Below are positions 55,984-64,000 of a stretch of 64,000 bases of DNA, in pieces. The notes beneath the pieces are model-generated. The model was not told the origin of the DNA, did not search any database, and worked only from the letters and a program-made list of their open reading frames with translations. Source of the DNA: a virus (taxonomy: Duplodnaviria > Caudoviricetes); IMG/VR virus record IMGVR_UViG_3300046804_003398; one strand, written 5' to 3'. A program made the position numbers and the translations under genes. The stretch's first letter is position 1; each line of letters starts with the position of its first letter.

Positions 55984-57122
55984 AATAAATTGAGTCTAAT
56001 CGAAATAGTATCATATACCACTCTACGTATGTTTTCAATTGTAAAATGTGACTCAGACAATTTATACATTTCATCTCTAACCGATTCAAACTTATCTAAA
56101 TTGTTATTTACATCGTTTATCTTCTCAACCAAATCACTTAGATCTTTTTTAATTTTGATATAGTGTTTGTCTGGAACCAGTTGATGTTCAGCATATGACC
56201 ACACTGGATGATCTGTAGAGAATATGATTCTGTTTGTTTGAATCAAATGTGGCACTCGACCACTAAATCCACCAGCACCAACCTCAATCAGATAGTCAAA
56301 GTCTTTTACTTGATCTTCAAATGTGACATATTCAGAGTATGTGAACTCTGGTGAAATGTCTTTTTCTGGCGATTGATGTTTTATCCAATGTTTGGCATCA
56401 ATCAAATCTGGATATTTCTGTGACAATTTTACCAACGATTTTCTTTGAGCACAGTTAAGAGATCCTCGCCAACCAACCTTTTGTTGCAATCCCTTGTTAT
56501 GTTTAGCATACTCACGTTTGTATTTGGTGAGATTATTAAAATTGACTCCAAGAAAATCACTATAAGCACATGTTGGTAATATGGATAATGTGTTATTGAC
56601 CAACAGACCACGTTTGTAATATTGTGGATCGGTCAACTGTTTGACATCTGGTAGAAACTCTCGTTGGTTATAAGCGCCTAGATCAACTTCGTGTTGTTCA
56701 AATTCATAATTGTAATATGCGGTTGAAAACACAGGAATTTTGATATTATCCAACATGTGTTTGGTAGGACCAGAATCATGTAGAACTATCTGAATCCAGT
56801 CAAAATTCTTGAAGTTATACTCCGCGTCAACATCGTTTAATAACTTGATGGTTGCGAATGGTCTGTCATCATTGTAATGACCATAATCCATTTTACCATT
56901 GTGTTTTCTTACAAATAACGTTGACGCTTGATAATATTGTGGGTATGGTGTCCCCCAATAATAAGGGTAATCACTTTCTTTCATTCCCCATCCAATATCA
57001 TCAAGAGTATTATATGATTTATTGATGCTATAGTCTTTGCACAGATCGGCGTTACCGTGCCATCGTGATGGGTGTGAATTGATATAAATTACCTCAGACA
57101 TACTATCAACCTCGGAACTCAC
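55980..57122 (-). CDS. GT90-family (CAP10-like) glycosyltransferase
   Basis: KVGWRGS, EDQVKDFDYLIEVGAGGFSGRVPHL, PDKHYIKIKKDLSDLVEKI. Confidence 0.75.
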   Translation of the reverse strand: MSSEVDSMSEVIYINSHPSRWHGNADLCKDYSINKSYNTLDDIGWGMKESDYPYYWGTPYPQYYQASTLFVRKHNGKMDYGHYNDDRPFATIKLLNDVDAEYNFKNFDWIQIVLHDSGPTKHMLDNIKIPVFSTAYYNYEFEQHEVDLGAYNQREFLPDVKQLTDPQYYKRGLLVNNTLSILPTCAYSDFLGVNFNNLTKYKREYAKHNKGLQQKVGWRGSLNCAQRKSLVKLSQKYPDLIDAKHWIKHQSPEKDISPEFTYSEYVTFEDQVKDFDYLIEVGAGGFSGRVPHLIQTNRIIFSTDHPVWSYAEHQLVPDKHYIKIKKDLSDLVEKINDVNNNLDKFESVRDEMYKLSESHFTIENIRRVVYDTISIRLNLL

Positions 57123-58167
57123 TTAAATTACCAAAGTCTATAAGATCATAATTCAGATCTTGTCTAATAACATTCAAGAATTCGCCATGTTCTGGATGAC
57201 TTGGATCAAATATGTTGTGTTTGTTAAACTCATCTGGAGAATATGTTCCCCAATTTACAATCCTTGATAGATAACAATAGAAACTATGTGATCTTGCTAT
57301 GTCCACAAACAGTGGTATTTCTTTGTAATTCTTCTGTTGACATACAAAGTCCAATCTAACCCAATGCAACTTACCTTTGTCAAATAGTGTTTCAACAAAG
57401 TCCAAGTTACGCATCAACTTCTTCCAATCACCACCTTTTCTAGTGTAATTGTAAGTTTCTTCGGTTCCAGCATCCAAACTGATTATTGTGCTGATTCGAT
57501 TGTTGTGAATCTTGTTCATCTTATCCCAGTTTTCTTCTGTGAATAGAACACCGTTTGTTTGAAGTTGGAACTCTACCAATGGATTCTTTACACCTTCAAA
57601 TGAAGTCAAAAACTCCCAAAACAACCTACTAGCAAATGGATCTCCAGACCCAGTAACATTGATTGTGGTTCTTACCTTACATGTATAAAGATACTCAATC
57701 AACTTTTCTTGAAATTGAACCTTGGTGTAATACTCGTTGCCCACACTCTTTTCATTCAAGAAAACAAAATTCTCACGACAACTTGGACATCTCAAATTGC
57801 AACTTCTATCATAACATAGATTGATGAAGTTTGGATTGGATGAAATCAGTTGTTTTTCTTCATAGATTTTCTTTTTGTCCGCACCATGTTTTCCAGCCAA
57901 AACATCTTCTACGTTTGGCAATGAATCATTTTGAATCATCGGACATTGAGTTCTATTGCAATACTTATAACTTCCGTCCAGAATTGATTCTCTAAACCTT
58001 TGAGCTTTTTCTCCATTCCATCTATTCTCAAATCCTTCTGAAATTCTTACTTTGCCAAAGTTATACTGATTGACCCAGTTTGGACAACACGGATACATGT
58101 TGGTATCATCTTGGATCTCCATGAAGTCCCAAGGTCTAAAACACATCTTTTTGGTCAAGTCTTTCAT
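57106..58167 (-). CDS. Radical SAM protein with twitch/SPASM-like Cys cluster
   Basis: CFRPW...YPCC...CNRTQCP; CNLRCPSC; GSGDPF; QTNG; SLDAGT. Confidence 0.85.
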   Translation of the reverse strand: MKDLTKKMCFRPWDFMEIQDDTNMYPCCPNWVNQYNFGKVRISEGFENRWNGEKAQRFRESILDGSYKYCNRTQCPMIQNDSLPNVEDVLAGKHGADKKKIYEEKQLISSNPNFINLCYDRSCNLRCPSCRENFVFLNEKSVGNEYYTKVQFQEKLIEYLYTCKVRTTINVTGSGDPFASRLFWEFLTSFEGVKNPLVEFQLQTNGVLFTEENWDKMNKIHNNRISTIISLDAGTEETYNYTRKGGDWKKLMRNLDFVETLFDKGKLHWVRLDFVCQQKNYKEIPLFVDIARSHSFYCYLSRIVNWGTYSPDEFNKHNIFDPSHPEHGEFLNVIRQDLNYDLIDFGNLSEFRG

Positions 58168-58595
58168 TATTGTCCTCCGTTAATAACTTTATCTTCAGCA
58201 CTCATACGATGTTTGTTTTGTTCAAATAACTTGTATAACTTATGAAGGTCTGAGTCTGGTGATAAAACCGTCCAGATATTATTTTCTGCATTTTCACACA
58301 CAATAATACTTTCAATTTTTACTTTGGCAACTTTTTTATCCAGAATGTCAAATACGTCATTTGCGTTGGACTTTAACTTAAGAACTTCTGGTCCATTTTT
58401 TACATTCACTGTAACCGTATTGGTGTAGAGTGTATGTAGATCCAATGGTGCTTCTTTCCAACATTTATCTTGATCGGAATAAAACACGATCAAGTCATCT
58501 GTCAATTGAACAACGTCAAGTTTGTTTATGTGTTTGATTGTTGATACGGGAACGGTATAAACAATATTGTTATAGTAGACTTCTTTAATATTCAT
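58167..58595 (-). CDS. Hypothetical protein
   Basis: 142 aa, overlap-coupled in the operon. Confidence 0.6.
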   Translation of the reverse strand: MNIKEVYYNNIVYTVPVSTIKHINKLDVVQLTDDLIVFYSDQDKCWKEAPLDLHTLYTNTVTVNVKNGPEVLKLKSNANDVFDILDKKVAKVKIESIIVCENAENNIWTVLSPDSDLHKLYKLFEQNKHRMSAEDKVINGGQ

Positions 58596-61240
58596 AGACT
58601 TTTATAAATCTTAGAATTGACCATACTTTCTAAGAAATGACCAATTTCAACTTTGTATCTCATAGTTTTCAGATAAAGATGTGCTCTCCTAATGAGGTCC
58701 AAATCTTTAAGCTTTTCTTCCAGATCAAACTGACTATCAATATATAGTGGATATCCTTCACCCAAGTATTCGACAACAGCGGGCAAACGATTTATAAATA
58801 TTGGAGTCGCTCTGGCCATACATTCAATGATACCATTGTTTGCACTACTATCGTATAGATCCAAATAAACGACATTCTCTGTCAAAATCTTATCATATTC
58901 ATCGTTTGGCAAAAAGTCAAGGATTTTAACAGAGTTACGTTGTTCATCAGTGATGTATTGATTACTGACAAGAGACTCTATTTTTTCTAATCTGAAAATG
59001 GTGTCTTTACACTTATTGTTTGGAAGCAATCTGACCTTTTGATAACCGTGCGCTCTAACAGTATATAACGCATTCAATTTACGTAACCACCAGCCAATCG
59101 TAATAAGCTTTTTCTCTTGATTCTTTGCAAACCTTTCAAAATCAAATTGTAACTCTGGAATTTCAGTTGGATGATATAGTGACTCAACTGGAATAAAAGG
59201 TATGTATTGACGTATCACCTTGGCATGATATTCGGATAAAGTATAGATACCCTTACATCTTCTAAGACTGTCTAGGAAGTATGGATCTTGCAATATGATG
59301 TTACTGAATGCATTGTTGTCACTAAACCACGGTGGCATGTTTGGAGGATTGTGAATAAACCCAATCCAACTCTTGTTGTAAGGAATAGTCTTTTGAAGAA
59401 TACATTCTGTCTTTCTCCAACTAAAATTGTTCTCTATAAACCCATCACAATAAACGCCACTGTTGCTATTGAGAGCGGCCATGTTGTGCAACACATAATT
59501 CCATCCAGATCTATGTGAATAGAAAGACAATTGTCTACCAAGATTGATCTTCTTTGGATACTTGTTATTATCAGTCAACTCTTTGAACTTGATGATGATG
59601 TCACCATACTCACCCTTGTTCAAGACATTTGACTTCTCTATAACAAATCCAGTTTCTACCAATACACGTTCGTTGAAATTGGTATCTTTGAATAACAACC
59701 TGCTGGTATTGTTCTTGATACCATTGACATAAACGTCTACAATCTTGATGCCATACCGATTGTTGCCAGATCGGTTTATAAATGACCCGTCGAATGTAAC
59801 ATCACAGTTGATCTTGACATTCTTTTCTTCTTTGGAAATTATCTTCAATGAGTGTTGACCACGTTTCATCGAATATACATGATCAACTTCATTTATAGTA
59901 AACGTCACATTGACATCGGTAATTGATTCCAATACAACTTCAAATTTGTATACATCGGGCCCAATTACAATTTCAGCTTCTTTGTCTGACCAAATACCAT
60001 TGACCAACGATTCATTGTGCCATCCATTTTTAAAGTAAATTGGAAACAATGAAGACTCTTCCGTTTGTGACGTATTTGGTTGATACAATTCTACTGGGTC
60101 CAAATATACGCATTTTCTAATATTTGTGTAGTATGCGTTCTTGAGACTGTTGCACAAATCTTCGTATGACGGATCAACACTCTTGGTGTTCATATTGATC
60201 CACATCAACATTGATGTATCTATGTTTTTGTCATAACTACTGATATATGTTGTGTTGTAATTAACCTCAAACAATCTAGGATAGTTTGTAAGGTAATCTG
60301 TCATACCGCCGTGTAAAGGACTTACAATATCTTTATTCTTAGTCTTTGCGGTGTAACATGGTATATTGAATCCTTCACCTCTTGATACGTTAACATAAAT
60401 GTCAGTGTCATCATGTAGACTCTGAATTTTGTCAAAGCTCAACCTTTCGCTTATTACTACAATAGGAGCATAAGCAAAGTCTTTGTCCCGATTCTTGATC
60501 TTTTTGAGTATGATCTCTTGTATATGTTTCTCAATGGTCTTAACATTATTAAGGTTATCAGTGAACTTACATATCAATAATGTTTCGTCATCAAAAGCAA
60601 ATGAATCCAAATATGCTTCGATCAAAAATCCCGTGTTCTTTCTGGATACCAATGACGATACATTCAGAAACTTGACTCTCTTGGCAAACCGTTGATAGTT
60701 TATTGGAACCGGACTGAATATTCTGGCATTTTCAAATAAGTCAACTATATTGTGACGTTTATAGTGAACGGGTGGTATGGTGTGTGGTTCCACTATAATA
60801 TCCTTCTTGATGCCTGAATTTACAAACACCTCTTTACACCATTGTGAAGGCACGCTTACTACATTTACGATACTGTCATTTATCGATTTTACCCACTTGT
60901 CTGGAAGCGGATCAAAGTCCCATACAGTTCTGCCAGTAATTTTTTTGTTACCAATCCAATCTTTGTGTGACTCAATAACTTGATTCCAGATGTCGGGTGT
61001 AAAATGAATCACCACTTCCGAATCACTCAACTTTTCTTTCTTTGAAAATACTGGAAGCTTCTTTAAGTTGTTGTGAAAATACTTATAAAACTCAGTGTCG
61101 TCTTTTACTGGTTCTCCAGACAATGTAGCAAAATAAACTTCATGACCGTTTTGTAATAGGTCATAAATGTATCCCTTGGCCGCATTAGCATACCCACTCG
61201 CACCATCCGCACCGAAATAAACAACTTTCTTGTTACTCAT
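58592..61240 (-). CDS. Three-domain glycosyltransferase (GT4-like, beta-sandwich, second GT-B-like domain)
   Basis: GASGYANAAKG..RGEGFNIP; FKNGWHNE..IWS..RYGI; HRSGWNYV..WIGFIHNP..DSSANNGIIECMARATP; TATTTAT at 61247-61253. Confidence 0.8.
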   Translation of the reverse strand: MSNKKVVYFGADGASGYANAAKGYIYDLLQNGHEVYFATLSGEPVKDDTEFYKYFHNNLKKLPVFSKKEKLSDSEVVIHFTPDIWNQVIESHKDWIGNKKITGRTVWDFDPLPDKWVKSINDSIVNVVSVPSQWCKEVFVNSGIKKDIIVEPHTIPPVHYKRHNIVDLFENARIFSPVPINYQRFAKRVKFLNVSSLVSRKNTGFLIEAYLDSFAFDDETLLICKFTDNLNNVKTIEKHIQEIILKKIKNRDKDFAYAPIVVISERLSFDKIQSLHDDTDIYVNVSRGEGFNIPCYTAKTKNKDIVSPLHGGMTDYLTNYPRLFEVNYNTTYISSYDKNIDTSMLMWINMNTKSVDPSYEDLCNSLKNAYYTNIRKCVYLDPVELYQPNTSQTEESSLFPIYFKNGWHNESLVNGIWSDKEAEIVIGPDVYKFEVVLESITDVNVTFTINEVDHVYSMKRGQHSLKIISKEEKNVKINCDVTFDGSFINRSGNNRYGIKIVDVYVNGIKNNTSRLLFKDTNFNERVLVETGFVIEKSNVLNKGEYGDIIIKFKELTDNNKYPKKINLGRQLSFYSHRSGWNYVLHNMAALNSNSGVYCDGFIENNFSWRKTECILQKTIPYNKSWIGFIHNPPNMPPWFSDNNAFSNIILQDPYFLDSLRRCKGIYTLSEYHAKVIRQYIPFIPVESLYHPTEIPELQFDFERFAKNQEKKLITIGWWLRKLNALYTVRAHGYQKVRLLPNNKCKDTIFRLEKIESLVSNQYITDEQRNSVKILDFLPNDEYDKILTENVVYLDLYDSSANNGIIECMARATPIFINRLPAVVEYLGEGYPLYIDSQFDLEEKLKDLDLIRRAHLYLKTMRYKVEIGHFLESMVNSKIYKSL

Positions 61241-61284
61241 TTGGTAATAAATAGTCCGAGTGGGTATTTGCCTACTTTTTACAA

Positions 61285-62244
61285 TTACTTAGATATGACC
61301 TTTATGATCTTGGCAATACAAGCCATGAACGTAATCTCTTTATCAATAACCAATGCATTTTGGTATAGACTTTCTGAGATATCTACAATCACACTAATTG
61401 TATGACCATTATCATACTCAATAGCCTTGTTATATAACTCAGAATACAGTTCGTCAAAATGTTTGATACCTGCATCATTGATCAACTGTCTAATCTCAGT
61501 AAATGCCTTCTTGTTGGTCTTGGCAGTCTTAAGAATAGAAATCATCTTGTTCTTTACATCCGCATTGGCAGACTGTAACTTGACCAACTCCAATTTTCCA
61601 CTGGTAGAACTCTGTTGAACAACATTGACGATCTTACGAATATCTGGATAATACTCTTTGACCACAGTTGCCACAGTTGGCATTTCAAATGTGATATTCT
61701 CCTTTGTAAGGATCTTCACGATATACATCGCAACATCCTTCATCGTAGGAGGTTCCAACTTGAACACTTGAGTCCTACTGAACAACGGTTCAATGATCTT
61801 ATCAATATAGTTACAAGTAAGAATAAATCGAGTCGTCTTACTGTAGGTCTCCATCAAGTTACGAAGTGATGCCTGAGAGTTTGTAGACATATAGTCAGAC
61901 TCGTCCAGAATCACAATCTTAAGATCGTTGAAACCCATCGTTGATGCGAACGGTTTGATCTTATCACGAACAAAGTCAACACCAGTATTATCTGATGCGT
62001 TGACATACATCACATCACACGGAATATTCTTGGTAATAATCTTTGCAAGTGTGGTCTTACCAGTTCCTGCATTACCATGAAACAACAAATGTCCAGGCAC
62101 ATTCTTCTTGGTGATATAATCAGTGATGATCGATCTGACTCGTTCATCACAAATATAGTCTTCCAAAGTGTCTGGACGATACTTTTCAGCCCAAACACCA
62201 TGGTCAGAAACTTGAGGTTGTTCTGTTTCAGTAAAGAAACTCAT
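61285..62244 (-). CDS. Clamp loader AAA+ subunit (T4 gp44/RFC-like)
   Basis: WAEKYRP, GNAGTGKTT, NASD, ILDESD, QASLRNLME, RFILTCNY, PDIRK. Confidence 0.95.
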   Translation of the reverse strand: MSFFTETEQPQVSDHGVWAEKYRPDTLEDYICDERVRSIITDYITKKNVPGHLLFHGNAGTGKTTLAKIITKNIPCDVMYVNASDNTGVDFVRDKIKPFASTMGFNDLKIVILDESDYMSTNSQASLRNLMETYSKTTRFILTCNYIDKIIEPLFSRTQVFKLEPPTMKDVAMYIVKILTKENITFEMPTVATVVKEYYPDIRKIVNVVQQSSTSGKLELVKLQSANADVKNKMISILKTAKTNKKAFTEIRQLINDAGIKHFDELYSELYNKAIEYDNGHTISVIVDISESLYQNALVIDKEITFMACIAKIIKVISK

Positions 62245-62252
62245 AATTTATA

Positions 62253-62990
62253 TTAGTCGATATTCTTGAATTCGATCAGGAAGTAATTGCTATTAAACAT
62301 TGCATTATCAAATTCAACGTTCGCAATACCTGCATCACTGATCTTCAATACAGCATTATCACAGTCTGTATTGGATGTCAAGATCTCCTTCAAATACTTC
62401 GCACTGAAATGAAGAGTCTTTCCAATCTTGTCCTTACCTGCAACCGGCTTGACCTCAATATTGATACGATTACTGTTTACATTACTGAATCCAAGGGTCA
62501 TCTTGATCTTACCCTTCTTGTCTGTGGTCAAAGTGAAAATATCAACATCACTCAACGCACTCTTTGCCTTGACAAATGTGGTCACAAACTCCTTGGTCAA
62601 CGGAATTTCCAAGTTGAACGGAGGCAACTTCTTGAGTTCAGCCGCTTTTGGAATCACACTCAAATCGGCCGTAACATACTGAACATCGGTTTCGGCACTT
62701 GCCAACACCAAAGATGTAACCTTATCGTTGGTCTTTGTTGGAGAAATAGTCAACTCATCAGCCAAGACAGTCAACATCTTCTTCAACTTAGCTGTGTCAT
62801 TAACACCAATCTCCATGTCTTCCAATCCATCATTTGTCTTGATAGTGACAAATCCCAACACGTTCTTGTCATCGCTAATTGCAGATGTCTTGATGTTTGT
62901 ATCTTTTGCGTTTACTACCCACTTTACCGACTCAATAGTTCCGTTAAGTGAATACTTGTCAATGAATGTATTTAATGTTTCTTTCTTCAT
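62253..62990 (-). CDS. DNA polymerase sliding clamp (gp45-like)
   Basis: 245 aa between clamp loader and polymerase; FSAKYLKEIL, LKISDAGIANVEF. Confidence 0.8.
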   Translation of the reverse strand: MKKETLNTFIDKYSLNGTIESVKWVVNAKDTNIKTSAISDDKNVLGFVTIKTNDGLEDMEIGVNDTAKLKKMLTVLADELTISPTKTNDKVTSLVLASAETDVQYVTADLSVIPKAAELKKLPPFNLEIPLTKEFVTTFVKAKSALSDVDIFTLTTDKKGKIKMTLGFSNVNSNRINIEVKPVAGKDKIGKTLHFSAKYLKEILTSNTDCDNAVLKISDAGIANVEFDNAMFNSNYFLIEFKNID

Positions 62991-62998
62991 ACTTGTTT

Positions 62999-63027
62999 AT
63001 GCTACTATGTTGTTTTGTTACTGTCAA
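62999..63027 (-). promoter_or_regulatory. Sigma70-like promoter TTGACA-17-TAGCAT
   Basis: 8 nt upstream of the sliding clamp ATG. Confidence 0.6.
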
Positions 63028-63440
63028 ACCGTTTCAAAAAATTCTTCTGGGATAATACTAACATTAGTCTTTTCTTTAATACACCGACTATGTGTATCGT
63101 TATCCATAAAGAAAAGATCTGTTGGAGATATGTAAAAGTGATTGATCAAATAATCAGCATATGCTACACTTCTCATTTGATAATACACCTTCACATTGTT
63201 TTGTAGTGTTCTAAACTCTATGTAATAGACTTTTGGATCACTTAATCTGTATAACTGAGACTTGGGTATATACAATTCGTGGTCGCATATCTGATTCTTA
63301 GTAAATTCAACATACGGTCCACGTTGTCCTATTACAACACGTTGATATTGTGTTGCAATAGGTGTGTTTGATATACAGTCAAATAAAGGTAACTTGGTTC
63401 CCTCTAAGGGGATATTCAATAGTTTTTCGTAGGAACTCAT
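63024..63440 (-). CDS. Hypothetical protein
   Basis: RVVIGQRGPYVEF...YYIEFRT...YYQMRSVAYADY...YISP. Confidence 0.7.
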   Translation of the reverse strand: MSSYEKLLNIPLEGTKLPLFDCISNTPIATQYQRVVIGQRGPYVEFTKNQICDHELYIPKSQLYRLSDPKVYYIEFRTLQNNVKVYYQMRSVAYADYLINHFYISPTDLFFMDNDTHSRCIKEKTNVSIIPEEFFETV

Positions 63441-63446
63441 TGATCA

Positions 63447-63475
63447 ATACTATCAAGTGATTGACAAAATATCAA
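63447..63475 (-). promoter_or_regulatory. Sigma70-like promoter TTGATA-17-TAGTAT
   Basis: 6 nt upstream of ATG 63440. Confidence 0.55.
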
Positions 63476-63488
63476 CCTATAAGAAGTA

Positions 63489-64000
63489 TCAGAAACTAAA
63501 GAACTCACCAAGCTTTTTATCAGTCTGATTTGGATAATCCCAATTCAGAATGTTATAGAAATCCAAAAGTTTACCTTTCAACTCTTGTTCATACATTGCA
63601 TTTCTATCAACATACTGATTGACAAAATCCATAATGCGATCTGGATCAGTTCCGTCTGCTTTCAAAGCAATACAGTCAGAACCATACTCGTTATTCTTCA
63701 AATATACCCACTTGATCTTTTGACCATGGAAAATCGGAGGAACAATCTTATCCAATTCCCAATGTTGCAACAGATCGTTGTAAAACAAAGCAGCCTTTGC
63801 CTGTGCAGTGGTTCCTTTGATATATTTGAACTTACTGCGAGTCTTCGGATTATAATCAGTCTTGGTTTCACCACCACTCTTAAATTTGACACTGGTATTC
63901 TTTGCAATTTCAATAACAGATGATTCTACCAAATTGGTTTCCAAGAACTTCAAGATATTTTGATCAATGATTTCTTTATCAGTCTTACGAAGAATATCAT
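63489..64000 (-). CDS. Family B DNA polymerase, C-terminal end (enters from the right edge)
   Basis: Frame open to the window edge (DILRKTDKEIIDQNILKF...); IAKNTSVK, KGTTAQAKAALFYNDLL, GQKIKWVYLKNNEYG; upstream of clamp and loader. Confidence 0.85.
   Translation of the reverse strand, partial: DILRKTDKEIIDQNILKFLETNLVESSVIEIAKNTSVKFKSGGETKTDYNPKTRSKFKYIKGTTAQAKAALFYNDLLQHWELDKIVPPIFHGQKIKWVYLKNNEYGSDCIALKADGTDPDRIMDFVNQYVDRNAMYEQELKGKLLDFYNILNWDYPNQTDKKLGEFFSF

Noticed and set aside
61258-61280. AGTGGG-TATTTG-CCTACT-TTTT plus-strand terminator-like hairpin
   Set aside because: Only 6 bp with a wobble, and oriented against the flanking minus-strand genes
1892-63923. About 90 short antisense or alternate-frame ORFs in the track (e.g. 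6678..6959, 29232..29759, 38845..39318, 62409..62951)
   Set aside because: They lie within well-supported genes, have no motifs, and show the Phe/Ile/Val-rich composition expected of the antisense of AT-rich coding DNA
1-64000. Stop-codon reassignment (TAG/TGA recoding seen in some large phages)
   Set aside because: Recognisable enzymes are full length under code 11, and TAA, TAG and TGA all end genes; no interrupted homologs
1-64000. tRNA, rRNA, CRISPR array, intron, intein or IS element
   Set aside because: Intergenic gaps are too small, no T-loop/anticodon arms or regular repeat-spacer periodicity were seen, and recognisable genes are uninterrupted
1-64000. Window as a eukaryotic giant virus or a bacterial O-antigen locus
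   Set aside because: Sigma70 promoters, T4-type clamp and lysozyme and head-type modules indicate a bacteriophage; no wzx, wzy or wzz and no bacterial housekeeping context

Overview
A very gene-dense, AT-rich 64-kb segment of a large tailed bacteriophage genome. It uses the standard genetic code and shows no tRNA, rRNA, CRISPR array or integrase. The phage assignment rests on a T4-like replisome block at the right end (family-B DNA polymerase C-terminus, sliding clamp, clamp loader), head-protein-like modules, a T4-type lysozyme domain and sigma70-type promoters. The left part carries nucleotide and auxiliary metabolism genes (thyA, folA, APS-kinase-like, dCMP deaminase, pyrophosphatase, ClpP-like, IscU), nucleases, an SF2 helicase, and nucleotide-sugar genes (rmlA, a plant/giant-virus-type NRS/ER-like epimerase-reductase, rmlB, gmd). 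The most striking content: (i) three paralogous cobalamin-binding radical-SAM enzymes at 26.5-31.3 kb; (ii) directly after them, a ~30-kb island of 33 genes, about 21 of them soluble glycosyltransferase-like, with methyltransferases, glf and a fourth radical-SAM enzyme but no flippase or polymerase, suggesting a virus-encoded cytoplasmic glycan assembly and tailoring line, possibly for the virion; (iii) modular head-type polyproteins, one ending in a lysozyme; (iv) two long mRNA hairpins at the 5' ends of the lysozyme-polyprotein and GIY-YIG nuclease genes; (v) a recurrent TATTTAT start-proximal motif, near-leaderless promoters, and overlapping convergent gene ends. All family assignments come from motif recognition by eye; no database search was run.
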